Shown in pieces: positions 27,337 through 36,322 of a stretch of 64,000 nt of DNA. The stretch's first letter is position 1. Each line of letters begins with the position of its first letter. The stretch is from positions 5,440,001 to 5,504,000 of the forward strand of contig CBDCJO010000002.1 in NCBI GenBank assembly GCA_965217865.1. Direction: 5' to 3'. Under the pieces are notes generated by a model that saw nothing but the letters and a program-made list of their open reading frames with translations, was not told the DNA's origin and made no database searches. Position numbers and translations under genes: made by a program. The DNA is from Candidatus Latescibacterota bacterium. Its GTDB lineage: Bacteria; Latescibacterota; UBA2968; SICM01.

Positions 27337-29670
27337 GTGCCGGGTCTCTGTTTTGGAAATATGATTAGATTATTCTTATCCGCGCTTTCCCTTTTCTATA
27401 TCTGGGGAGAAACCGCTCAGGCGCAGAGCAAAAACGATTATCACTGGCCCATGGCTGCCAGGCGCGCCTTGACCTCCACATTCGGCGAGTACCGCCGGGG
27501 GCGTATTCACGCTGGAGTCGATCTGAAAACCTGGGGGAAGGAGGGTTATCCGGTCCTTGCAATCGATGACGGTTATGTCTGGAGAGTCCGAACGTCCCCC
27601 TGGGGATACGGCCGGGCTGTCTATCTGAAACTTCCGGACGGACGCACTGCGGTCTATGCCCACCTTTCTTCATTCCCTCCAAACATTGAAAAATCAGTCG
27701 AAGCCGAACAGGAGCGGAAAGGTACCTACAGTGTTGATATATACCCAGAGCCAACTCGAATCATCGTTAAAAAGGGAGATGTCGTTGGATATTCGGGCAG
27801 CAGCGGCTCCGGGAGCGCTCACCTACACTTCGAACTCCGAGACCACCACCAGAGGCCGATAAATCCCCTGGAATGCGGATTTAAAGTTAAGGATACGATC
27901 CCCCCATCCATCCGTGCACTTGCCCTTCTCCCCTTGAATCCCGCCTCTCGGGTAGAAGGGGACATCAAACCCCACCATTTTCGGGTTCGATGGGATAAGC
28001 GACGAAAAATATTCAGATCCTCCAGGCGCTTCCACGTTCGTGGATCCATCGGTGTGGGTATATCGGTTTACGACCGGGCGAACGCATCAAAATCTTCAAA
28101 TCGATTGGCCCCCTACAGCCTGACGCTTCAGATCGATGGTCGGGAGGTCTTTAGAACCACCTATTCCACTTTCGAATATGCCAGCAATCATCAGGTCGAG
28201 CTCGACCGGAATGTCGCTTTGCGCAGAAAGGGGGCCGGGCTTTTCAACAACATGTTCCGAAGACGGGGCAACCGGCTCCCGCTCTACGGAGACTTCCGGG
28301 AAGGGGATGGGATCCTCCATGCCGGTATAAATTCCGGCCGGGGAGGGGCCTATTTGAAGCAGGGGGTTCACCTTCTCAGGGTGGAGGCAGAGGACATTTC
28401 CGGAAACCGTTCTGCAGCCGAAGTGGAACTGCTGGCGAACGCTGGACCGATTGTGAGCGGTGTTGTTGCGGAGAAGGCAGGGACCGCAGTAGAAATATCC
28501 GCAAGGGTTAGGGACGACGATCGGGAAACGCTTATCATTACGTTCGAAAAGTCGCCGGACGAAGGCCGGTCCTGGCTTCCGATCTCCCGGCGCGAAATAC
28601 CCTCTGGGAGCCACGTTAAGGAGCGGCACGCCACCTCGGACGGCCTGATCTTTCGGGTCCTGGTAGCCGATGCTTACGGGTCGGAGTCATTCAAAACCTG
28701 CGCCCCCCTGTCCGGATCGGTTATGCCCCTTTCCTCGGACTCAATATTCACCTGCATTCCGGTATACTATCCGGACTATTCCGTCATCCGGATCCTTTCC
28801 AATCGATTCCTCGCTGCATCCCCTCAGGTGAAAGCGAGTTGGCCGGACGGATCCTCAAAGGGTCTTTTGATCAGACAGACCGGTCTGAAGAAATATGAAA
28901 CCATCTTGCCGTTCAATCCGGAGTCCAGCGGGGTGGTGAAGGTGAGCGTCTCTGGAAAGAGCCCCGACGGAATCGTGGGTCGTGGGAGCTGTGTCCTGAT
29001 CCAGCAGACGGTGAGGATATCCGGAGGCTCGGTCCGCTCGGATGATAGCGTCGCGCAAGTCCGGTTCGGTTCGAAAGCCGTTTACGAACCCCTTTTCGCA
29101 CGTGTGGAGTTAGCCGATTTTAAAGGAAAAACGGGGTTGATTCCGGTGGGAAAGGCCTACCGTTTTTCCCCTGAAGAGGTTCCCTTCAACGGCAAAGCAG
29201 AACTGAGCCTGCGCTATCCCCCCGGCTACAATGACCCGAGGAAATTGGGGATCTACAGGTTGGAAGATAAGGGAGGATGGAGCTTTATCGATAATCGGTT
29301 GAACCCAAAGACCGGAACCGTGGGCGCCAGAATTCCTTCTTTCTCGACTTACCGGCTTTTCCGGGATGAGGTGCCCCCGCTCGTAACCCGTCTCCGACCG
29401 AGGACCGGATCCAGGATCAAAAGCCGAAAACCCAGGCTTTCGGCAACCATCAGGGACAAGGGATCGGGGATTGGACGGGAGGAAGACATCGTGGTGCGGC
29501 TGGATGGTAAACCGTTGATCTTCGAGTACGATCCGGAAAAACAGAAAGTGATCGGTGTTCCAAAAATTCTGTTGCAACCGGGAACTCACATTTTCGAAGT
29601 CGTTGTTCGGGATATGTGCGGCAACGAGACCCTTTCAAAAAGCAGATTCACAATCAGGCGCAGAAGATAA
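27337..29670 (+). CDS. M23 family metallopeptidase with C-terminal beta-rich domains
   Basis: FGEYR.G.IHAGVD (HxxxD), GYG, YAHL, HLHFE; signal peptide. Start may be ATG 27361. Confidence 0.88.
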   Translation: MPGLCFGNMIRLFLSALSLFYIWGETAQAQSKNDYHWPMAARRALTSTFGEYRRGRIHAGVDLKTWGKEGYPVLAIDDGYVWRVRTSPWGYGRAVYLKLPDGRTAVYAHLSSFPPNIEKSVEAEQERKGTYSVDIYPEPTRIIVKKGDVVGYSGSSGSGSAHLHFELRDHHQRPINPLECGFKVKDTIPPSIRALALLPLNPASRVEGDIKPHHFRVRWDKRRKIFRSSRRFHVRGSIGVGISVYDRANASKSSNRLAPYSLTLQIDGREVFRTTYSTFEYASNHQVELDRNVALRRKGAGLFNNMFRRRGNRLPLYGDFREGDGILHAGINSGRGGAYLKQGVHLLRVEAEDISGNRSAAEVELLANAGPIVSGVVAEKAGTAVEISARVRDDDRETLIITFEKSPDEGRSWLPISRREIPSGSHVKERHATSDGLIFRVLVADAYGSESFKTCAPLSGSVMPLSSDSIFTCIPVYYPDYSVIRILSNRFLAASPQVKASWPDGSSKGLLIRQTGLKKYETILPFNPESSGVVKVSVSGKSPDGIVGRGSCVLIQQTVRISGGSVRSDDSVAQVRFGSKAVYEPLFARVELADFKGKTGLIPVGKAYRFSPEEVPFNGKAELSLRYPPGYNDPRKLGIYRLEDKGGWSFIDNRLNPKTGTVGARIPSFSTYRLFRDEVPPLVTRLRPRTGSRIKSRKPRLSATIRDKGSGIGREEDIVVRLDGKPLIFEYDPEKQKVIGVPKILLQPGTHIFEVVVRDMCGNETLSKSRFTIRRRR

Positions 29671-29707
29671 ACCCCGGGTTTAATCAACGACTGCAAAGGA
29701 CGAGACA

Positions 29708-30739
29708 ATGAAAAGAAATCTATCCATGCGGGCCTACTTCGATAATCTGGTCGAGGGCTGGACCCCAAAACTTCACTTCAACACAGAGAACGACGGTTGG
29801 GAATCCTGGCGTGATCGGGCTTACGAAAAGTATATCGAGCTGTTGGGGGACTTCCCCGATCCGGTTCCCCTCGATGCGGAGGTCGAGAGCTCCGTGGAGG
29901 ACGGCGATGTGATCCGGGAGCGGGTTGTGTTCAACTCCGAAGCCTTTATGAGTGTGCCGTGTCAGGTCCTCAGGCCGAAGGATATGAAGTCCGACCAATC
30001 CAACCCGGCGATCTTATGCTCCCACGGCCACGGCCCCTTCGGGAAGGACTCTGTCGCGGGGATCAAGTCATCAACGGAAAGAGAGGCCAACATCGCACAA
30101 CTCAACTACGACTACGGGCTTCAGATGGCCCGCGTGGGGTACGTTACCCTGAGTCCGGACCTGAGGGGCTTCGGGGAGCGCAGGGATGGTCCGAACCCTT
30201 TCCCGGGCAAGGATCCATGCAACGTGAATTATGTCAGAGGAACGATGATGGGCCGATGGCCGCTTACCCAAAACATATGGGACATGAAATGCTGCGTGGA
30301 CTATCTCGAGACCCGTCCGGAGGTGGACCCCAAACGGATCGGCATGATGGGCCTGTCCCAGGGGGGCACGATGACTACCTTCACCGCTGCAGCCGAGCCC
30401 CGGATCGTCGCAGCGGATATCATCGGCTATATAAATCCCTGGAAGGATTTTGCGATAAATCGCATGCAAATTTGCGGCTCACAGGTCGTTCCCCGGATAC
30501 TCGAATGGTTTGACACGGATGACATCGCGGGACTCATAGCACCCAGGCCCCTCATGCTGGATATGGGCATATACGATGAATGTTTCTTCATCCACGATCT
30601 GCTCAAGGGGTACGAAGGGGTTAAAAAGATCTATGAGGCCGCTGGAGCTTCCGACAAGATCTGGAAGCATATCCATCCCCACGGCCACAGCTTCGGGGGT
30701 GTTGATCGGGCAGCGGAGTTTTTCGGAAAATACCTCTAA
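29708..30739 (+). CDS. Alpha/beta hydrolase (dienelactone hydrolase / acetyl esterase-like)
   Basis: HGHG, D.RGFGER, RIG..GLSQGG nucleophile elbow, LIAPRPL, HGH.F. Confidence 0.85.
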   Translation: MKRNLSMRAYFDNLVEGWTPKLHFNTENDGWESWRDRAYEKYIELLGDFPDPVPLDAEVESSVEDGDVIRERVVFNSEAFMSVPCQVLRPKDMKSDQSNPAILCSHGHGPFGKDSVAGIKSSTEREANIAQLNYDYGLQMARVGYVTLSPDLRGFGERRDGPNPFPGKDPCNVNYVRGTMMGRWPLTQNIWDMKCCVDYLETRPEVDPKRIGMMGLSQGGTMTTFTAAAEPRIVAADIIGYINPWKDFAINRMQICGSQVVPRILEWFDTDDIAGLIAPRPLMLDMGIYDECFFIHDLLKGYEGVKKIYEAAGASDKIWKHIHPHGHSFGGVDRAAEFFGKYL

Positions 30740-30760
30740 AACCCGGCCGAAAAGCCCTAT

Positions 30761-31080
30761 CTAGAGTCCTGAAGGTTCTCCGCGTGAAAAACCGGGCCGG
30801 GATTCAAGCTCCTCGATCGTACGGGGCCAATCCCCTTTGAGCAGCCTGGAAAGCCCGCGATCCGCCAGGACCTTTCCCCCTGTCTGACATCTCGGACAAT
30901 AGTTCGTCTCGTTCTCCGCGTAAACGATCCGCTGAACCGATGTTCCGCATCGAGGACACGGCTTCCCGACACCGAGCGAAGAAAAAAAGGACTCTTGAGG
31001 TGGATGCGTTCGATCGCCCGGCCCTGGATCAATCTCTCAAGCGCCTCGATGTAGGCAACGATGTCAGGCAGTTCCGGCAC
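30761..31080 (-). pseudogene. mutM: Fpg/Nei DNA glycosylase with a large internal deletion
   Basis: N-terminus MPELPD...LRSV joined out of frame to the Zn finger [37 protein letters not shown]...WPRTIEELE; the H2TH core is absent. Confidence 0.88.
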
Positions 31081-31097
31081 CGGTTTTTACCTCTTGA

Positions 31098-31964
31098 TTA
31101 TTCATAGTAACATTCAAATAAAGCCTGTATCGATCCGTCAAACTCCGCCCGCTGCAAATCCCCTCCCCAGGACTGATTTCCTCCCGTAAAGAAGACCCGT
31201 GTTACCCCCTGCCACTCGACCAGATCCGGATCGGATGCATTGCATTCTTTTCCGCCCTGGGGATGATCCGGATGGACAACCCGATCCGGATCCGGGGAGA
31301 TGACCGGTCCTCTTGTTGCATCCTCCCACGTTATCAGGTCTTTCGATCGGGTCAGCCACGTTTCAAACCACCACTTCGGTTTCAGGTACGCCAGATAGAG
31401 CATGTAGAAATATCCGCCGGCGTACCGGATCGCGGGACAGGCTGCGTACTTGTCCTTGCCGTAGATGGCGTCGGGGATTTTTTTCCACGTCTGAAGGTCA
31501 CCGGAAACCGAAAATTTAATCGTGAATTTCGGGTAAGCCGGATCGTTGCTCTCATAGGCCATCACAAACCGTTCTCCATCGTGACAAACGGATTGGTTGA
31601 AGAGGTTCTCGTCCTCGTTTCCCGATAAAACGATCTTCGGATCAGTCCATCGGATCAGATCTTCTGAACGGGACAGATTCACATCCCGCGGGCCTGTCTC
31701 CGTCAGACGTGCGGCGAAGACGTACAATGCCTTATCCCAGACGAGGGCGGATGCAAAATAGAACCCATCCATGCACCTTCCCAGAATTTCGTCCGTTTCC
31801 GGATCGTGGATCCTTACAAAATATTTTTCCAGTTCCGGCGGCCTGTCCCACTGACACTGCCACGTTTCGACCAGAAGCAGCCGGTCTTTCCACACAACAG
31901 GGGTTTGTTCAACCACCGGCGAATCAAGGCTCCCCGTCTTTATTAATCTATTCTTCCAACCCAT
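31098..31964 (-). CDS. Hypothetical glycosidase-like beta-propeller protein
   Basis: Repeated S.DL..W motifs (SEDLIRW, SGDLQTW, SKDLITW), NASDPD. Confidence 0.65.
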   Translation of the reverse strand: MGWKNRLIKTGSLDSPVVEQTPVVWKDRLLLVETWQCQWDRPPELEKYFVRIHDPETDEILGRCMDGFYFASALVWDKALYVFAARLTETGPRDVNLSRSEDLIRWTDPKIVLSGNEDENLFNQSVCHDGERFVMAYESNDPAYPKFTIKFSVSGDLQTWKKIPDAIYGKDKYAACPAIRYAGGYFYMLYLAYLKPKWWFETWLTRSKDLITWEDATRGPVISPDPDRVVHPDHPQGGKECNASDPDLVEWQGVTRVFFTGGNQSWGGDLQRAEFDGSIQALFECYYE

Positions 31965-32214
31965 CGTAACCCCCCCGCGGTCGTGATGCCTTTCTGTTGT
32001 GTGGAGAGGACAAATCGATTAGTTTTCCACAATCTGCAAAAATCATGATGCCTTGTAGACGCCCACTTTCTAATCTGTGTTGGGTGACTATATGCCCTTT
32101 AATTTCATTGAGTAAGCTGCTGTCTTCTGGGCCGTCAATAAACGGCAAAGGCGGCGATGTATCCCCACAGGAGATACATGACAATATCAGTAACAAAAAT
32201 AATATCTTTTTCAT
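31948..32214 (-). pseudogene. Short AT-rich lipoprotein-like ORF, probably truncated
   Basis: MKKILFLLLILSCISC signal/lipobox; the tail runs into the start of the next gene. Confidence 0.4.
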
Positions 32215-32633
32215 GATTGTATGCTGGGCATGACGCCTAACAATTTGCAGGCACATAAAATGGTCACCCTATCGAAAGGATAAATTGCCTTACAAAAGCC
32301 GGAAGGCAAGACCGTGGCCATTTGGGTCGAGCTTTAACCGTTGACGGCCAATATCGAGTGTCCAAATGTTGTGCTATCAAGTGTCCAAAACCTTACAAAC
32401 ATCTCCAAAAAAATACTAACCTAAAAGTCGATCCAGAACAATGAAAAAAGAGAGGGTTACACAGCTTTGTCAAGGATTTGCCTCTCGGCGCGACTCGGCA
32501 CTGCTCGGCATAACTGAGCCCCATAAGAGGGAACCCCGCCTCTCGTGTCTGGGCTCATGAAAAACGGGGCTTTTTTGTGGGGGTGTTAGGGGAAGGATTA
32601 GCCCGGTTGCCGATTAAAGAAATTCTACCTCAT

Positions 32634-32666
32634 AAAAAAGCCCCGGAGAGACAATCCTCCGGGGCT
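32634..32666 (-). terminator. Intrinsic terminator after the SnoaL-like gene
   Basis: AGCCCCGGAG-N8-CTCCGGGGCT followed by a T tract on the minus strand; also T-rich on the plus side. Confidence 0.8.
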
Positions 32667-32733
32667 ATATTTTTTCTCGCGGAATACCGCCACCATACGT
32701 GCCCCTTTGCGCACAGCTTTGTCGAGAAGGCCG

Positions 32734-33159
32734 TCAGGAGGCCAAGCCGAGTTGCTTCATCATCGTCGCCATGTCGAAGTACTGGCGTATCTCCTTGACC
32801 TTGCCATCCTCAATCTGGGTAACCTGGCAGGTGCGAAGCTCCATGGATTTGTTGGTTGGGGGGATCTCGCCGTCGGGGATGCCCATCACCCCAGTGTGAA
32901 TCCCTGTCCAGGTCCCCTCAAAGACGACGGTATTTCCGCTGACGCAGACAGGGTCAAACGAGCCCTTGGATTCGGGGAAGGCAGTTTCCCAGCCCTGCCA
33001 TATCTCGATCACCTGCTCGACCCCCTCGGCACGGCGATGAGTCGCGACCTCATCATAGACGAAGTCCGGAATGACGGCGGCACGAAGGGCATCCCAATCT
33101 TTATTATTATAGGCTGCAGTTGGTGCCAAAGCGGCCTCTATCACTTCCTGTTCAGACAT
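32734..33159 (-). CDS. SnoaL-like ester cyclase / NTF2-fold protein
   Basis: AFPE, GTWTG.HTG, IPPTNK, DGKV.E...YFD..TMM.QLG; RBS AAAGGAG. Confidence 0.88.
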   Translation of the reverse strand: MSEQEVIEAALAPTAAYNNKDWDALRAAVIPDFVYDEVATHRRAEGVEQVIEIWQGWETAFPESKGSFDPVCVSGNTVVFEGTWTGIHTGVMGIPDGEIPPTNKSMELRTCQVTQIEDGKVKEIRQYFDMATMMKQLGLAS

Positions 33160-33384
33160 GGTGCGTCTCCTTTGGGAAAGAGAAACGGGTTACTACTGGA
33201 TGGCCGAGGTGGGGGGGTATGCTTTATCGGTTGGAGGTATCAAATTTCCATCCTTTAATTGCCCCACGGCACTGATTGGATCTTCTGGTCTTAAGTTATT
33301 ATATATATTTGACCTAATTTTTATCCTCATAGGAACCCCTCCGTTCGTTCCTCTTTGTCGGTATTTCGGATCACGCGAAAGTTG

Positions 33385-33642
33385 TTATGGCTGGTGTTTG
33401 ACAATGATCCCATTCCTTCGAATCGCGTACCCGAAACCGAGGATTCCCCCGATCACATTGACTTCATAGACCGCCTTCTCCCCCTCCTCCTCAGCTTCAA
33501 AGTGGTGCACGCCGACCACGGTTTTGATGTTTCTGAAACTGGATTTAACCTCCCCGTCGCAACTCACGGTTTCCCTCCCGCTCCATCTGCTGGCGAAGAT
33601 ATCGATCTGGTGCCCGTTTATCTCTGTTTTGAATTTCGCCAT
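33385..33642 (-). CDS. Small hypothetical protein (beta-rich)
   Basis: 85-aa ORF with RBS GAGGTG and protein-like composition. Confidence 0.65.
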   Translation of the reverse strand: MAKFKTEINGHQIDIFASRWSGRETVSCDGEVKSSFRNIKTVVGVHHFEAEEEGEKAVYEVNVIGGILGFGYAIRRNGIIVKHQP

Positions 33643-33716
33643 ATTTCACCTCGGATAAACGTTTCACCGCTGGAGGACTGTTTCGAAAGTCAAAGGAACG
33701 GGGAGCGTATCTCGGA

Positions 33717-33834
33717 CACCTGCCTTTGCTCTTTCTGCTACTGCCACTGCTACTGCTTTTCCCTGGCCCCTGACCTCCTCTGACCCTTGCCTTCGCTCTT
33801 CCTGCCACTGCCACTGCTACTGCCTTTCCCGTCC
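33717..33834. repeat. Composite short-tandem-repeat element
   Basis: TGCCTTTGCTCTTTCTGCTACTGCCACTGCTACTGC...CCCTGGCCCCTGACC, with a second similar (CTGCCA/CTGCTA)n block. Confidence 0.75.
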
Positions 33835-33835
33835 C

Positions 33836-35278
33836 CTATGGCCACTCCTCCAGTCTATTGAACGATTCCTGGCTGTCCCATTGCTCGCTCAGGTCGTGGT
33901 TTAAATATCGGTTGGCCTCGCGGATCTGTTCGATATGGGCCCTGGACCCCTGTACATAGTCCCAGACCGCCTTCCCGTCCCAGTGTTCCCCGAGCTCAAA
34001 CAGCAGTTCGTTGCGTTGACGCTCATATTCCGGATCCTGGCCAAGGTCATCGTTCTCGCCCGGATCGGCAGCCATGTCGAAAAGTTGGGGGTGCGCGTAG
34101 TCGTGATGGGCGACCAGTTTCCAGCAATCCTTACGGACCATGGCCGAAGGATTATCTCCTTTCACATCTCCCAGGATTGAAATGACCGCACGGTCGGCAT
34201 CGGGCGGTTCTTTACCCGTCAGCACAGGTGCAATATCTCGCCCATCCGGATCCGGAAGGGCAGAAGCACCTGCAAGACTCAGGAATGTTGATCCGAGATC
34301 CATCAGGCTTGTGGGTGTATCGATCCGTCCCCCCGCGGCAATCTGCGCCGGCCAATGATAGATTATCGGAACGCGTGCCGATCCTTCGTAGAAATTGCTC
34401 TTCCAGAACATACCGTGTTCCCCGTTCATCTCTCCATGATCGGAAGCGTAGACGATGACCGTCTCTTCAAGGCCCAGGTGCTGCTCCACGGCCTCGAGGA
34501 TTTCGCCCACGTATCCGTCCATCAATTCCACGACTCCGTAATAGGCCGCCCGTGAACGGCGGACGGCCTCCGCGGGAACGTCAAGCATATCCCGATTTTC
34601 GAACCACTTCCGGATCGCCGGATGTGCATTTTCCGCGAACGCGGACGGGGGTTGGGGTTCCGGTAGGGTTTCGTAGTAGTGTGCGAAGAGGTCCCGCGGA
34701 CACACAAACGGGCAGTGAGGCCCGTAAAGACCGACTGTCGCAAACAGAGGCTGCGATTTGGGATGCGCACTGATCAAGCGACACGCAGCTTCGGTCACGT
34801 CGCGATCGTAGGCCATGACGCTTGATCGCCCCGGCCCCGACTTGATCAGGACTCTACCCTTCTGATCGGTCGTACCATCGAGCTCTCCCATTTCCAGATC
34901 GATTCCCAAAGCCACCGCCGTGAAGTCGCCGACCAGACGCTCCCGATAACCGTGACGCTGATCAGGACCCGTGAAATGCATGCGTCCGCAGAGCACGGTT
35001 TCGTAGCCAGCTGCAGTCAGTCCGTGGACAAAAGTCGGCCGGTCCGATCGCAGGGTTTGAAAATTCGTGAAGACCCCAGTCTTCGTGGGGAGCTGACAGG
35101 CGAGCATCGACATCCGGCTCGGCGCGCAAAGCGGCGATCCACAATAGGCGTTGGTCAACGAACTGCCCCCACTTGCGAGCCTGTCGAGATTGGGCGTTCT
35201 CGCATAGGGATCCCCCCACGCGGAGATCAGGGAGGCGTTGTGTTGATCGGAAAGTATGAAGATGATGTTTGGGGGCAT
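33836..35278 (-). CDS. Sulfatase (choline-sulfatase-like, Cys-type formylglycine site)
   Basis: PNIIFILSDQH, TPNLD, CAPSR (CxPxR), GRMHF, SDHG. Start may extend to 35332. Confidence 0.92.
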   Translation of the reverse strand: MPPNIIFILSDQHNASLISAWGDPYARTPNLDRLASGGSSLTNAYCGSPLCAPSRMSMLACQLPTKTGVFTNFQTLRSDRPTFVHGLTAAGYETVLCGRMHFTGPDQRHGYRERLVGDFTAVALGIDLEMGELDGTTDQKGRVLIKSGPGRSSVMAYDRDVTEAACRLISAHPKSQPLFATVGLYGPHCPFVCPRDLFAHYYETLPEPQPPSAFAENAHPAIRKWFENRDMLDVPAEAVRRSRAAYYGVVELMDGYVGEILEAVEQHLGLEETVIVYASDHGEMNGEHGMFWKSNFYEGSARVPIIYHWPAQIAAGGRIDTPTSLMDLGSTFLSLAGASALPDPDGRDIAPVLTGKEPPDADRAVISILGDVKGDNPSAMVRKDCWKLVAHHDYAHPQLFDMAADPGENDDLGQDPEYERQRNELLFELGEHWDGKAVWDYVQGSRAHIEQIREANRYLNHDLSEQWDSQESFNRLEEWP

Positions 35279-35328
35279 TTTCCCGGCCACGGATTCGAAG
35301 GGAAGATTTGATGCTCTTATAAAGAGCA

Positions 35329-35652
35329 TCAATCCAGATGAAAAACCTCCTCAAGCTCCAGCATCATCCGGTCCGGACGGGCCCCGTCAGGCGATTCGAA
35401 AAACGGCGCCATGAACTCCTGCCACTTGGTGTTGACCTCCTCCTGGGACATTCCGTCAAGAGCAGCTTGAAAGTTTTCCGGGGTTTCGAAACAACCAAAC
35501 ATGAGCCCATCGTCCCGCATAAAGAGCGAGTAGTTATGCCAGCCTGTTCGTCGAAGGGCATCCAGCATTTCGGGCCATACTTCCCGGTGATGTTTCTTGT
35601 ATTCTTCGATTCTGTCCTCTTTAACTTTGAGCAAAAAACCGATTCGTTTCAT
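35329..35652 (-). CDS. rhaM: L-rhamnose mutarotase
   Basis: EYKKHH..VWPE, NYSLF, KWQ.FM, LEEVFHLD. Confidence 0.88.
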   Translation of the reverse strand: MKRIGFLLKVKEDRIEEYKKHHREVWPEMLDALRRTGWHNYSLFMRDDGLMFGCFETPENFQAALDGMSQEEVNTKWQEFMAPFFESPDGARPDRMMLELEEVFHLD

Positions 35653-35748
35653 CTTGTATTCTCCTTTGCCATCTCACCTCCGCAAATGAGACACTTATCA
35701 AACGGCCTCATGGACCGATTCTCCTTCCTCGCCAGTTGATCCTGGTCA

Positions 35749-36306
35749 TCAATTCTTCTTTATCCCATCAACAAACCTTTCGAACGAGCCTTTCCACGAT
35801 TTCACCGTCTCTTCAGGGCCGGTGAGCTTAAAGAAATACGATCCCTTTGAGCTCTCGACGATAGCAGCAAGCATCCGACAGTTCGGTTCCGGATCCGGGG
35901 CGGGCATCATTCGGCCCATAGCCGATGGGGCGTAGGTCCCGCTGATATCCGCGATCGTCACCGGCATACCGGAAACCTCCCTCTTGCTCACCCGGGCTTT
36001 GTCCCTGGACGAGGTTCCATCAGGCTGGTGAAACTGACCGTACCATCGTTCCAGGTTGTCCTCGACGCTCCCTCCCTGCCTCTGCCCGAAATAGTATACG
36101 ACCAGATGAGCATCCCCGGCGCCTCCCGGCAAAAGATACTGAGCTTTGCGCATAGAAGAACTGGGCCTCTCTGTCTTCCAGTCCTCAGGGACACGAACCG
36201 TGATCGCGCCCAGATCCTGGGTCTTTCCGCATTCCATCCCTTCACATCCGATCAGAAACATTGATGAGAGGAAAATCAAATTAGGATTGATTGATATTTT
36301 AGCCAT
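35749..36306 (-). CDS. Hypothetical lipoprotein
   Basis: Lipobox LIGC; P..W....SSMR.AQY, GGSV..N..RW..QF, FFKLTGP. Confidence 0.75.
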   Translation of the reverse strand: MAKISINPNLIFLSSMFLIGCEGMECGKTQDLGAITVRVPEDWKTERPSSSMRKAQYLLPGGAGDAHLVVYYFGQRQGGSVEDNLERWYGQFHQPDGTSSRDKARVSKREVSGMPVTIADISGTYAPSAMGRMMPAPDPEPNCRMLAAIVESSKGSYFFKLTGPEETVKSWKGSFERFVDGIKKN

Positions 36307-36322
36307 TGGGAATCCCTTGTAG

